NCBI GenBank assembly: GCA_963833985.1
Contig: CAWIAD010000002.1
Location: forward strand, 192,001-256,000
Source of the DNA: an uncultured Planctomycetaceae bacterium
GTDB taxonomy: Bacteria; Planctomycetota; Planctomycetia; Isosphaerales; Isosphaeraceae
Length of the DNA: 64,000 nucleotides
Reading direction: 5' to 3'
Shown here: piece by piece, positions 20,914 to 34,646 of the stretch
Layout of the letters: every line of letters begins with the position of its first letter
Position numbering within the stretch: position 1 is the stretch's first letter
The notes under the pieces: model-generated
What the model was told of the DNA's origin: nothing
Databases searched by the model: none
What the model saw: the letters and a program-made list of their open reading frames with translations, nothing else
Program-made: the position numbers and the translations under genes

Positions 20914-21951
20914 ATGCACTCGCGAAAAGGCAAGCCCGGCTTCACGCTCATCGAGTTGCTCGTCGTGCTCGGGGTGGTCTCGCTGTTGCTGGCGATGCTG
21001 CTCCCCGCGGTGCAATCGGCGCGTGAGGCAGCGCGTCGCGCTCAATGCCAGAGCAACCTGCACCAGATAGGCCTGGCCCTGCACGCCTACGAGGCAGATT
21101 ACCAGTGCTTCCCCATCCTCAACACGAACGTGACGATTCGTACGAACGACCCGGAGGTACAGCTTCATCCTTACTCCGGCGAGTATTCCGCTCATTCCCG
21201 CCTGCTCCCGTATCTGGAACTTCGACCCCTCTACGATTCGGTTAATTTCCGCGCAGGAACAATTCCCACAGACATCTACGCGGCGTCCCTACCTGAGGCT
21301 GCCAATCTCTACGAGATCAACGCCACGGTGATCACCTCGCGAGTGACGACTTTTCTCTGTCCATCCGACCGAGGATCTCTTACTGCTTCGGGCACAAACT
21401 ACCGTTGCAACGTCGGCCTGGGTCCCGCGAACGACACGACCGCTGAATTCCGCGACAGCGACAACGGGCCCTTCATTCAGTGCGCTTGGAACGGGCTCGC
21501 GCGCCCCGCGACGGTCGTTGACGGACTGAGCCACACGGTGGCCGTCTCTGAGCGGCTGGTCGGGTCCGGGCAGGTCGGATATCCGCAACCGTCACGCGAC
21601 GTCTGGCCCATGACTCCAGGGCCGGTCTCGGCCGACCAGAACCTGCAAGCCTGTCTTACGGCGGCCCGCCCGAACGTGTCGCCGACGTTTGTCCTCACCG
21701 GGAAATGGTGGTTCTGGGACGGAAGGGAGTGGACCGAATACACCCATGCGCAGGCACCAAACGGACGGGTGCCGGATTGCCTTCAGCCGGCGATGCTCGG
21801 CTGCTTCGGGATGATCACGGCGCGAAGCTGGCACCACGGCGGTGTCCACGCCCTGATGGCGGACGGCTCGGTCAGGTTCGTCAGCGAGACGATCCAGTTG
21901 TCCGTCTGGCGCGCCCTGGGAACCCGCAATGGCGGTGAGGTCGTGGACTGA
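20914..21951 (+). CDS. DUF1559 prepilin-type N-terminal cleavage/methylation protein
   Basis: GFTLIELLVV, LLPAVQSAREAARRAQC, FLCPSD, DGLSHT, H-X9-DG motif (HHGGVHALMADGSVRF). Confidence 0.95.
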   Translation: MHSRKGKPGFTLIELLVVLGVVSLLLAMLLPAVQSAREAARRAQCQSNLHQIGLALHAYEADYQCFPILNTNVTIRTNDPEVQLHPYSGEYSAHSRLLPYLELRPLYDSVNFRAGTIPTDIYAASLPEAANLYEINATVITSRVTTFLCPSDRGSLTASGTNYRCNVGLGPANDTTAEFRDSDNGPFIQCAWNGLARPATVVDGLSHTVAVSERLVGSGQVGYPQPSRDVWPMTPGPVSADQNLQACLTAARPNVSPTFVLTGKWWFWDGREWTEYTHAQAPNGRVPDCLQPAMLGCFGMITARSWHHGGVHALMADGSVRFVSETIQLSVWRALGTRNGGEVVD

Positions 21952-22042
21952 CAGGTGGAGGGCTCGCTTTCTCACTCACCGTCGTCCATACTCCCTCGGT
22001 CGGGCTTGCGAGCAGCCTTCGTTCCGTCGTGGGGTGACTGCC

Positions 22043-23182
22043 ATGGTTCGTACCGTGATCTTCCTGGCTGTCTTCTCTCTTGGGGCGGATGCGCCGCCGA
22101 TCGACGGGCGGGCCCTCTTCGCACTCTTCGAGCGGCACCACGCGGCATTTCGCGACGTCTCACTCCGGTACGAATCGTCGCTGGCCTGGCTTCCGGCGGC
22201 TGGTGAAATGGCTGGGGAAGTTCGCCGGCTTCAGGGACTCTACGTGTACCGATTCGACGGCGCGACCCTGCGTGACGAGTTCGGGATTGGTGGGGCGGGG
22301 CGCCCCACTGCGCGGACCATCTCGACCGTTCTCAAGAATCGCCTGCACATCCTTGACGCGTCGCCCGACCTGACACCTGCCGTGAAGGACCGCGAGCCCG
22401 AGACCGGCCCTGGAGGTCCGGGCGTGCTCTCCGGCCCGAACAGTCCGGAACGGCTCATGCTCGACTATTACTATCCTACACTGGGCGATCCCGCAGAGCA
22501 TGACCTGAAGATCCTGGGGTGGGAAGATGTGGCTGGCCATCGCTGCCTGAAGGTTCACATGCTCCGCCAGCCGCGGCCGCTCCTGAAGGGCTGGGTGGGA
22601 CCGCTTCGCTACATCAAGCTCTGGGTCGACGTCGAGCGCGACGGCGTCCCTCTGCGATACGAGCTCTTGAGCGGAGACGACATCGAGGTTCGCGCCGAGG
22701 TTACCAAACTGGAGGCAGTCCGCCTTCCCTCGGGCCGCGCACTGTGGATGCCCGTCGCGGGGAAAGTATGGACCTTCTACAAGCAAACGGGTGCCCGGAT
22801 GTCCCTCATCAAGGAGCCGACGACCCTTGAGGAGATCGGCTTCCTGGTCGCGACAATCAAGTTCGACCAGAAGCTTCCTGACGGGTTCTTCTCGGTGAAG
22901 AAGCAGGCGCTGGTGAGCAGCGATGAGACGCTGCGGAAGCTCCAGCGCCAGCTCGACAGTGTGCCAAAACCGGTAGTGAAACGGCAGCCGGCCGACCCGC
23001 AGAGCAGGCAGAAGCGGCTTGATGATGCACTGGCCGATGCTGAGAGGCAGTCGAGCCGACTGGAAGCGTCCTCCGCCGCCCGTGCCGGCAGCGGATGGTT
23101 CGAGGTGCTCTACGGCAGCCTTGGGTTGGCCGGCATCGCTCTGGTTGCGGGAGCGGCCTTTTACCGGTGGAGATCGGGATGA
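22043..23182 (+). CDS. Hypothetical exported protein with C-terminal TM anchor
   Basis: Signal-like N-terminus MVRTVIFLAV; C-terminal hydrophobic helix followed by YRWR; ATGA overlap with the next gene. Confidence 0.75.
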   Translation: MVRTVIFLAVFSLGADAPPIDGRALFALFERHHAAFRDVSLRYESSLAWLPAAGEMAGEVRRLQGLYVYRFDGATLRDEFGIGGAGRPTARTISTVLKNRLHILDASPDLTPAVKDREPETGPGGPGVLSGPNSPERLMLDYYYPTLGDPAEHDLKILGWEDVAGHRCLKVHMLRQPRPLLKGWVGPLRYIKLWVDVERDGVPLRYELLSGDDIEVRAEVTKLEAVRLPSGRALWMPVAGKVWTFYKQTGARMSLIKEPTTLEEIGFLVATIKFDQKLPDGFFSVKKQALVSSDETLRKLQRQLDSVPKPVVKRQPADPQSRQKRLDDALADAERQSSRLEASSAARAGSGWFEVLYGSLGLAGIALVAGAAFYRWRSG

Positions 23183-23778
23183 CCGTCACCCTCCTCGTGG
23201 CTTGCCTTCTCGCCATCACACGTACCAGCGCAGACGAAGGCCACGACAGCAGTTCGCAACCGCCAACCTTCATCGATTGCGGAACTTCCGCTCTTTACCA
23301 CCTTCTCCGCGTCGAGGGCGTCACGGCGGATCTTGATCGACTGGAGAGCGTCCTGGGTCCGGCCACGTCGTCAGGCCACTCCCTCGTCGAGCTACGCACC
23401 GCAGCGTACCGACTGGGTCTCACGCTTGACGCAGCGCTTATCTCGAAAGCCCATGGATCCATCGACCGCCCGCTCATTGCTTTCGTCAATCGCGGCTCCG
23501 AAGGTCACTACATTCTTGTGAGGCCCGTCGGCCACACAGGACAACTGGTACAAGTACTTGAAGGCGAAAGCGAGCCCAGAGTCATTGATGAGGATCAGCT
23601 GCTGGCACTCCCCGGCTGGACCGGGATTGCACTTGCCCCTCGCAGGCGCGGCGTCTTGCGTCTGCTCGCTACGCTTGGAGGCATCTGTCTGTCGTGCGCG
23701 GCGCTGTTGCGGCTAGCGTTGGTCACCAAGACTCGGCGGAAGGCGAAGCGCGACGCTCAGTCGACCCACACCGTTTAA
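23179..23778 (+). CDS. Peptidase C39-like protein with signal peptide and C-terminal TM
   Basis: DCG..ALY catalytic Cys, S(L)xEL..AA..LGL, P.IA, GHYILV catalytic His. Confidence 0.75.
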   Translation: MTVTLLVACLLAITRTSADEGHDSSSQPPTFIDCGTSALYHLLRVEGVTADLDRLESVLGPATSSGHSLVELRTAAYRLGLTLDAALISKAHGSIDRPLIAFVNRGSEGHYILVRPVGHTGQLVQVLEGESEPRVIDEDQLLALPGWTGIALAPRRRGVLRLLATLGGICLSCAALLRLALVTKTRRKAKRDAQSTHTV

Positions 23779-23910
23779 GTGCCGGGCCTGACTACACCGT
23801 CCGGGCGCGAGCTCGCGCGATCCTCCGGCACTGCGTCAGGAGCGAGCAACGAGGCGTTGGGCATCGGTATCTCCGGCTGCCGATTCGTATCGGTTACCGG
23901 AGCCTTATCT

Positions 23911-24079
23911 TCGATGAAGATAAACTTCGACGAGTACGACCGGGTGGACGACTTCGAGCTCAACGAGATCCTCTGGCGCGCCATCAAGGGTAGGGACGCC
24001 CCCGTCCCTCCCGCCGTGCGCCGGGCCATCGCGTACCGGTCGCTGCCTCCCGCGGGAAGCGATGGAATGCGATGAGCCG
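23911..24079 (+). repeat. 169-bp direct repeat, copy 2 (orphan 3' end of the phosphoesterase gene)
   Basis: Encodes MKINFDEYDRVDDFELNEILWRAIKG..., near-identical to the C-terminus of 18349..20859. Confidence 0.9.
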
Positions 24080-24117
24080 TTCTCCGCGGCAACCCCACGT
24101 CTGGCGTCGATCATGAG

Positions 24118-24391
24118 ATGACTGCCATGGTTCAAGTCGCGATCCTGCTGGCCATGTCTTCCCTTCGCGCGGAGGATCCACCGATCGACGGACGGGCTTT
24201 CTTCGCTGGCAGCGAGCGACGAGACGATGCGGACGCTCCAGCGCCAGCTCGACAGCCTCCTCAGGCGAAACTGAAGCAACAGCCGACCGACCGACGGAGC
24301 AGGCCGAAGCGTCTTGACGCGCAGCGTGCCAAGGCGGCATCATCCGACCCACCGCCTGGACGATCCGGCGGCAATGGGTGATGGGAAGGTG
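24118..24391 (+). pseudogene. Internally deleted paralogue of the 22043..23182 gene
   Basis: MVQVAILLAMSSLRAEDPPIDGRAFFA vs MVRTVIFLAVFSLGADAPPIDGRALFA, joined directly to DNA resembling about 22915-23040. Confidence 0.8.
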
Positions 24392-24394
24392 TAA

Positions 24395-25316
24395 GAGGGA
24401 GTTCGGAAACTTGGGTGGGCTGGACAGATTTTCTGAATTGAGCAGAATCTTCTCAGGGGAAGGGTAGTCATCGAACAAGGGCGGAGCCCGATCATGGACG
24501 AGCGCACGGCGCGGAAGGCGTATGAGAGCGATCTTACTGACGAAGAGTGGAGGATTGTCGAACCGCTCCTTCCTGCAGGGAAGTTCGGCGGCCGGCCGCG
24601 CACTACAAACATCCGCGAGGTGCTCAATGCGGTCTTCTACTTGTTGCGAACCGGATGCGCCTGGCGACTCTTGCCCCACGACTTTCCACCGGCGGGCACA
24701 GTCTACGATTACTTTCGAGCGTGGTCCCGTGACGGAACTCTCCAACGAGTTCACGACATTCTTCGTCGACGGGTTCGTGTTGCAGCGGGCCGAAACGAGG
24801 AGCCCAGCGCGGCGTGCATTGACAGCCAATCGGCAAAGACAAACGAGCAAGGGGGGATCGATGGATACGATGCCGGGAAGAAGATCATGGGGCGCAAGCG
24901 TCACATCCTGGTGGACACCATGGGGCTGATTCTGGCTGTGGTCGTTCATTCGGCAGGTATCCAGGATCGGGACGGGGCGAAGGCAGTTTTCGATGCGATC
25001 AGGAACGACCTGCCACGGCTGCAGTTGGTCTGGGCCGACGGCGGCTACGCAGGCAAATTGGTGGAGTGGGTCAAGAGCGAGTGTGGTTGGGTCCTGGAGA
25101 TCGTGAAACGAACGGACGACGTCAAGGGTTTTAAGCTCCTGCCCCACCGCTGGGTCGTGGAGCGAACCTTCGCCTGGTTGGGACGGTTTCGCCGAATGAG
25201 CAAGGATTATGAGTTCCATCCAGAAACGTCAGCGTCAATGATTCATCTTGCTATGATCAACATTATGGTGCGTCGGCTTGCTGCTGCCTAAACCGCGCAA
25301 CTTTCCAAACTCCCTC
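24395..25316 (+). mobile_element. Complete IS5-family element (IS1031-like), 922 bp
   Basis: TIRs GAGGGAGTTCGGAAACTTG / GAGGGAGTTTGGAAAGTTG (17/19); TAA target duplication at 24392-24394 and 25317-25319. Confidence 0.93.
24494..25291 (+). CDS. IS5-family DDE transposase
   Basis: [48 protein letters not shown]. Confidence 0.95.
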   Translation: MDERTARKAYESDLTDEEWRIVEPLLPAGKFGGRPRTTNIREVLNAVFYLLRTGCAWRLLPHDFPPAGTVYDYFRAWSRDGTLQRVHDILRRRVRVAAGRNEEPSAACIDSQSAKTNEQGGIDGYDAGKKIMGRKRHILVDTMGLILAVVVHSAGIQDRDGAKAVFDAIRNDLPRLQLVWADGGYAGKLVEWVKSECGWVLEIVKRTDDVKGFKLLPHRWVVERTFAWLGRFRRMSKDYEFHPETSASMIHLAMINIMVRRLAAA

Positions 25317-25409
25317 TAAGGCGTCGGGTGTTTCCGACACCTCATCCCCGGACCTGCTGCGCCTCTTGATGTCCGTCCAGCAATCCCAAGGCCAGGAAGC
25401 GCAAGGATC

Positions 25410-25961
25410 ATGACCACGACAGAGCACGGGATCCGGGCACGACTGGCGGCCGAAATGAGGACCATGCTCGTGGTCTTCGCGTACCTGGCCACATTTCTGG
25501 GGGCCCTCACGCTCTATCGCCGGCTGGTTCTCGACGCCTACCAGATCAATTACTTCCACTATGGTTACAGCCTCGTCGAGGCGCTCATCCTCGCCAAGGT
25601 CATCGTCTTCGGGAGTGCTCTCGGGATCGGGGAGCGGTTCCGTGGCCGCCCGCTCATCATCCCGACGCTCTACAAGACGGTCTGTTTCAGTCTGCTGGTG
25701 CTGGCGTTCTCGATCCTGGAGCACCTCATCGAGGGCTGGATCCATGGGAAAACCACCCGCACCGCCTGGGACGCCCTGCTCGACCAGGGAGTCTGGGAGA
25801 TCCTGGCCCGCGCCCTCGTGATCCTCCTGGCGTTCGTGCCCATGTTCGCCGTCTGGGAAACTGGCCGCGCGCTGGGCGACGGCGTGCTGCTCGAACTGTT
25901 CTTCAGGCGAGGAACAGGAAAGCAACCCCAGCCACGCACCCAGGTGGAATCAAGGGAATAA
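25410..25961 (+). CDS. Hypothetical multi-pass membrane protein
   Basis: 183-aa ORF with about 4 hydrophobic segments and AGGA before the ATG. Confidence 0.75.
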   Translation: MTTTEHGIRARLAAEMRTMLVVFAYLATFLGALTLYRRLVLDAYQINYFHYGYSLVEALILAKVIVFGSALGIGERFRGRPLIIPTLYKTVCFSLLVLAFSILEHLIEGWIHGKTTRTAWDALLDQGVWEILARALVILLAFVPMFAVWETGRALGDGVLLELFFRRGTGKQPQPRTQVESRE

Positions 25962-26098
25962 GGTCTCGTGACTGGAAGTCTCGTGAATTCCCCGAAGATC
26001 GGCCATACTCGGTTCCTGGTAACTTATTGACTTCCACTTCGCTGTTCATTCGCGGCTGGCGGTTTGCCGTTCTTCCTCCGTTTGAAATGAGGTTCGTG

Positions 26099-27411
26099 AT
26101 GCGACGATGGTCTACCTTTCTGCTGGCGTTGATAGCGTTCGTGAGGGGACAGGTCTTCTGCCATGGCGAGGAACCGAAGCCGACGACCACGGCGCTCAGG
26201 GCTGCCCGGCTGTTTGATGGCAAGTCAGACCAGCTCGTACAAAACGGCGTCGTCATCGTGCAGGGGAAGAAGATCGTCGCGGCCGGCGCTGGGGTTCCGA
26301 TCCCGGAGGGGGCACGAGTGATTGATCTGGGCGATGCCACGCTCTTGCCGGGCTTCATCGACGCCCACACGCACCTCACCGGCGAGTACAACGACGACTG
26401 GAATCAGGCATTCGTGAACGGATTTCGCCGCGAGGTCGCCGAGCGGGCCATCGGCGCCGCGGTCAACGCCCGGGCGGTGGTCGAAGCAGGTTTCACCACG
26501 GTGCGCGACGTGGGTTCCGAGGATTATCTCGACGTCGGCCTGCGCAACAGCATCAACCGCGGGCTCGTTCCCGGCCCGCGAATGCTCGTGGCCGTGCACG
26601 CCCTGGGCTCGCCGGGGGACATGCCGACCAGAGTGGCATTCGCCATGATCTGCTCAAAGAAAATGGCCCGGCCGAGGGGATCGCTCATGGGCCCGAGGGC
26701 TTCCGCGAGGCGGTCCGCTTCCAGGTCAAGTACGGGGCCGACGTGATCAAGTTCTGCGCATCGGGCGGAGTGCTGTCGCTGGCCGACAAGGTGGACACGC
26801 CGCAACTGACCCTCGAGGAGATGACCGCACTGGTCGACGAGGCCCACCGGCTGCGGAAGAAGGTCGCCGCGCATTGCCATGGCAACCACGCCGCACAGGA
26901 GGCCATTCGGGCCGGGGTCGACTCCATCGAGCACGGCTCGTTCCTCACCGAGGAGACCCTCCTGATGATGAAGGAGCGTGGGACCCATCTCGTGCCGACG
27001 CTGCTCGCGGGGAACTGGGCCGGGAAACGCCTCGACAAGTTCCCTCCCGAGATCGCGGCCAAGGGGAAAGCGGCGCTTGCGGCATCCACTCAGATGTTCA
27101 GAAATGCCGTGCGCCTGGGGGTGAAGATCGGCTTCGGCACCGACTCGGCCGTCTCTCCCCACGGTGTCAACGCCAGGGAGTTCACCCTCATGACGGGCCT
27201 GGGCATGGCACCGATCGCGGCGCTCAGGGCGGCAACCTCGGTCGATGCGGAGCTTCTCGGCATCGCGGCGAAGGCCGGTACGCTCGAGCCCGGCAAGCTC
27301 GCCGACGTCGTGGCGGTTCCCGGTGACCCGACCGTCGACATCGCCGCAACCGAACGCGTCTGTTTTGTCATGAAGGAAGGCAAGATCCTCAAGGAGACGA
27401 AGAAACCGTGA
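26099..27411 (+). CDS. Amidohydrolase family protein (Xaa-Pro dipeptidase-like), exported; frameshift near 26610
   Basis: PGFIDAHTH, GFTTVRDVG, IKFCASGGV, AAHCHG, SIEHG, FGTDS, GKLADVVAV. Confidence 0.88.
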
Positions 27412-27448
27412 GTGAATGGCGTTCACGGCCCCACATCCGAGTGCTTGT

Positions 27449-28462
27449 TTAAAGTACCCGGTCCACCGCCTCGGCGATCCGGCGGCACTGGGTCATGAGC
27501 TGGGCGAAGGCGGCCGGGGTGATCGACTGGGCACCGTCGCTGACGGCGTGCTCGGGGTCGTCGTGCACCTCGAGAATCAGGGCGTCGGCGCCGGCAGCGA
27601 TCGCCGCGCACGACATCGGGATCACCAGCTTTGATTTGCCGGTGCCGTGCGATGGATCGACGACCACGGGCAGGTGGCTCTTGTCGTGCAGGAACGGCAC
27701 GGTGGCCAGCGGCAGCGTGAACCGCGTGTGGTCCTCGAAGGTGCGCACCCCGCGCTCGCAGAGCATCACGTGGGGGTTGCCCCGGTCCAGGATGTACTCG
27801 GCGGCCAGCAAGAACTCCTCCAGGGTCGCGCTCATGCCGCGTTTCAGCATGGCCGGCTTGCCGGAATCGCCCACGGCCTGGAGCAGTTGATAGTTCTGCA
27901 TGTTGCGGGCACCAATCTGGAGCACGTCGGCGTACTCCGCCACCATGGGCACGTGCTCCGGCGCCATGACTTCGGTGACGATCGCCAGGCCGGTCTCGCT
28001 CCGCGCGGTGGCCAGCATCTTCAGGCCCTGCTCCTTGTGGCCCTGGAAGCTGTACGGGCTGGTGCGCGGCTTGAAGGCACCCCCGCGCAGCCCGGTCGCC
28101 CCCAGTTCCTTGAGCCTGCGTGCCAGCGCCACGATCTGCTCCTCGCTCTCCACCGAGCAAGGGCCGGCGATGACCGCGATCCGTGTCCCACCCACCTCCA
28201 GCCCGTGCGATTTGACGACGGTGCGATCACGCTTCAGCTCGGAGGATGCGCGCTTGTAGGGAGCCATGATCGGCAAGACCTTCTCGACTCCCTCGCCCGG
28301 CTCGAGCGCCTCGATGAGCCCGCTGCGCTCCTCGCCGAGCGCGGCGATGACCGTCTGGTGCTTGCCGTGGATGACCTGCGGCGTCAGCCCGAGCATCGTG
28401 ATATGCTGCGCCATGTGATCTATCTGATCCATCGTCGCGTCTGGTTTCATGACAACGATCAC
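27449..28462 (-). CDS. aroF: 3-deoxy-7-phosphoheptulonate (DAHP) synthase, type I-beta with N-terminal regulatory domain
   Basis: [50 protein letters not shown] start at 28462. Confidence 0.95.
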   Translation of the reverse strand: MIVVMKPDATMDQIDHMAQHITMLGLTPQVIHGKHQTVIAALGEERSGLIEALEPGEGVEKVLPIMAPYKRASSELKRDRTVVKSHGLEVGGTRIAVIAGPCSVESEEQIVALARRLKELGATGLRGGAFKPRTSPYSFQGHKEQGLKMLATARSETGLAIVTEVMAPEHVPMVAEYADVLQIGARNMQNYQLLQAVGDSGKPAMLKRGMSATLEEFLLAAEYILDRGNPHVMLCERGVRTFEDHTRFTLPLATVPFLHDKSHLPVVVDPSHGTGKSKLVIPMSCAAIAAGADALILEVHDDPEHAVSDGAQSITPAAFAQLMTQCRRIAEAVDRVL

Positions 28463-28487
28463 GGTGGTCCGCCCCCCCTTTCGAATG

Positions 28488-28525
28488 AAAAAAAGCCCCG
28501 GGACCTGATCGGCAGGTTCCGGGGC
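28488..28525 (-). terminator. Intrinsic terminator (attenuator) upstream of aroF
   Basis: Minus strand GCCCCGGAACCTG-CCGAT-CAGGTCCCGGGGC followed by 7 T, about 25 nt before the aroF start. Confidence 0.88.
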
Positions 28526-28557
28526 CTGAGTTGTCTGCTTGCGAAGTCTTGCGTCGG

Positions 28558-28677
28558 TCAGGTAGACGCTCCGCCTTTTGCCCGGAATCGAGTTGTGAAC
28601 CTGGTAAACGCCCAGGACCGCCACCAGCCGCGGCGGGTACTCGAGGACCAGGAATACGCGGGAGCCGAACGAGACAC
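28558..28677 (-). CDS. Putative aromatic amino acid attenuation leader peptide (39 aa)
   Basis: GAGGT-N5-GTG start; [39 protein letters not shown] (4 Trp, 3 Phe, 1 Tyr). Confidence 0.78.
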   Translation of the reverse strand: MSRSAPAYSWSSSTRRGWWRSWAFTRFTTRFRAKGGAST

Positions 28678-29080
28678 CGGGAACCTCTGATGCACGACCA
28701 ATCGGATGAGAAACACACGAGTCTCGTTGAAACGGCCGGGCCTGGAGCAAGAACGCAACAGGCCCGGTCGAACCAAACCGTAAGGTATGGTCAAGAGTGC
28801 GGCTGCCCGACGGGCAACCCGTCGGCTGCCGTTAGGCGAGCCGCCCCTGGTTATCACTACACACGCGATCACCTCCTTTCGTTCTAGCCACCCCGATCCC
28901 GCGGGAGTCCAGCCTCGGGCAGTCTCGGGCTCTAGTCCGTCGTGCCACGGTAGCACGACCCGAAAGTCGACCGAGCGTGTGTGGAGCTCGGAACGACACT
29001 TTTACTTTATCCGCCCATCCCTCGGCGATCAACGGTCTAGTGCCGCAACGCCCTGGCGAACTGGACAGACGAGCCGGGAA

Positions 29081-29692
29081 TCAGGAACTGCTTGAACGGC
29101 TGTCCCCGTCTCCCTCGATTTCCAGGAGTGCCAGACGGCATTGTCCCGCCAGCCGAAGCAGGCGATCGTCTGCCGGTTCTCCCGCACAGCAGGCGATTGC
29201 GGCCCGGTAATACCAGAGAACCTGCTCGCGATCGGCGTGAAACTCGGACCAGACGGGCTGGCCGGCGCGGAGGTCGGCCGCAATCGAGATCAGGTTGTGC
29301 AGCTTGTCGGCGAGGATCACGGCATGTGCTTCCCGAGGAGCGTTTTTCAGGGCCGCGAGATGGTCGCGCTTGCGGTCCAGCCAGGGACGCTTCCGGCCCG
29401 CGGCATCGGTCTTGACCTCCGAGCAGAAGGCGACGATGCCGGACACGAGGCTCCCAAACTGCGCGTCGATCTCGGCGAGGGTGACCCCCGTGTCTTCCAC
29501 CAGATCATGGAAGAGGCCGGCGATGACCACGTCTTCCTCGTAACCGGAGCGCTCCAGGATCCAGCCCACGGCGACGACGTGCTGCACGTAGGGCACACCG
29601 CTGGTGCGCCGGAGTTGCCCTTGATGGCCAACCGCGGCCAGGCGGAGCGCCCGCTCGAACCGATCGCTGAGCAGGGGCTGCGACGCGTGCAA
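29081..29692 (-). CDS. HD-domain protein ((p)ppGpp hydrolase / SAH-Mesh1-like)
   Basis: H.GQ.R..SG.PY..H, HDLVEDT, LADKLHN; probable TTG start. Confidence 0.85.
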   Translation of the reverse strand: MHASQPLLSDRFERALRLAAVGHQGQLRRTSGVPYVQHVVAVGWILERSGYEEDVVIAGLFHDLVEDTGVTLAEIDAQFGSLVSGIVAFCSEVKTDAAGRKRPWLDRKRDHLAALKNAPREAHAVILADKLHNLISIAADLRAGQPVWSEFHADREQVLWYYRAAIACCAGEPADDRLLRLAGQCRLALLEIEGDGDSRSSSS

Positions 29693-29876
29693 TGGGCAAC
29701 ACCTACGTGAAGCCGCATGCCCTGTTACCCGGGCAGGCTGGAACGAAAGTGGAGGCCAGAAAAGGAGCTCCCCTCCGCTGGGCCGAATCAGACGGAGGGG
29801 AGACATCCTGAGGATGATTCAAGGGCAGTGGAGTGAATCGGCCTTCGCCGCGATTGCCGGGCTCACCACGGGGTAT

Positions 29877-30751
29877 TCAGACGGCGGCACTCACCGATTG
29901 CAGGTGCCGGCGGACCTGGCGGACCACATCGGCGGTATGGGTAAGGAAGGCGATATGCCCGGCACCGTCGAGCACGTTGAGCTGCGCGCCGGGATCGACC
30001 CGGCCAGCTTCTTCTGCCGGGCCGCCGGGATGATGGCATCTCTGGAACCGGCAAGCACGAGCGTCGGCACATCGATCTGCCAGAGCCGATCCGTGATGTC
30101 AAAGGCCTCGAGCTGGGCCAATCGATTTGCCATCACGCGCTGGCTGGTTTCCCAGATTCGTTCCACCACGAAATCGACCAGGGGCCCCGGCTCGGGCCTG
30201 GCCCCGTGCAGCAAGTTGAAGAACTGGTTCAAGAACCGGTTGTCCGCCGGCAAGGGAAAGCGTTCCAGCACGCGCCGCGCGATGGACGACCCGATGGTGC
30301 TGCCGAAGCTTGCATCGGCTCCCTGCACGATCAGGGACCCCAGGCTGGCGGGATGATCGACCGCGAGCTGGAGAGCCACGGCACCGCCAAATGAGACTCC
30401 GAACACCGCGGGCCTTTCCAGCCCCAGGCATTCAATCAACGAGGCAAGGTCGCTGGCATGGCCGGCAAGACTCCAGACCTCGCTCTTCTCAACGACCGGG
30501 CTGGATCCCAGAATGCCGTCGCCGCGAAGACCGAACGTGATCACCTCGAAGCGACGCGCCAGACGCCGCGCCAGCGGCATCAACAGCCGCCAGCCACCCG
30601 CCAGACCCGGAACCAGCACCAAGGGCTGGCCCTTGCCAAGACGAACCACATCGATGAGCTCATCGCCGATCCGTGCGCGCGAGAACCTGCCGCCGTCGAA
30701 AAATGGGAGCGTCATCGACCATGGATTCCGCCACTTCGCTGCTAACCTCAT
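29877..30751 (-). CDS. Alpha/beta hydrolase (frameshift near 29990)
   Basis: PGLAGG oxyanion region, GVSFGG nucleophile, G..D acid; catalytic GAGH lies in the shifted frame ending at TGA 29877. Confidence 0.85.
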
Positions 30752-30865
30752 GTTGTTTCCTCGGAGCGAGCATCCGTCCCGGATTATCCTGGTGCTTTTC
30801 CATCGCAGCTTCCGAAAACTGCCCGACCAAAGCCTGCGATCGGCAGTTAAGAGACAGGATGAGAG

Positions 30866-30882
30866 AGCAGTTCACATGCCGA
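30866..30882 (-). promoter_or_regulatory. Candidate sigma54 -24/-12 promoter for the hydrolase
   Basis: TCGGCATGTGAACTGCT (GG-N10-GC) about 115 nt upstream of the start, divergent from a sigma54 activator gene. Confidence 0.45.
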
Positions 30883-31303
30883 TCATGAAAGTAGCCTAAG
30901 CCCTCGTTTTCATGCGCCACGCCGATCCCACGACCCGTGTGGCGTTGTGGCGACACCCGAGGGCGGCGCACGATTCTGAGCGCCGAAAGCTCGACAATTC
31001 GTTGCACCCGCTGAGATGACAGCCTGTATTATTCCTGTGAATTGCCCATTTTGTAGCATTGGTTCCGTAAAATGGGGGATATAAGTCAATTCGGTCGATT
31101 CGAGGAAGGAAATGAGGAGGCACGGTATGTTTCGGCCATAACCGTCACCATATCTTGTCGAAACGGCGGCCCGGCCTTCTCGCTAGCGAGACTTCGTCAG
31201 CGAGGGCTTGCCTTTCGGCGCCGATTCGTTAACCTGGGAAAGTCGGACAGCAAGGCAAAGCGCCTGAAACCGCGACGAACCGCGTTTCGGGCTTGCTCGC
31301 TCC

Positions 31304-34560
<3,257 letters not shown>

Positions 34561-34646
34561 AAACGCCGGCCCCGGCACGGACCCGCCCCGGACGCCGGTG
34601 CGCGGGAAGACGGCTGGCCGCTCGCCCCGGACGCGCACGCACTGAC

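Noticed and set aside
28463..28750. 95-aa N-terminal extension of DAHP synthase given by the ORF track (start 28750)
   Set aside because: Homology-like sequence starts at VIVVMK (GTG 28462); the extension spans the terminator and the leader peptide region.
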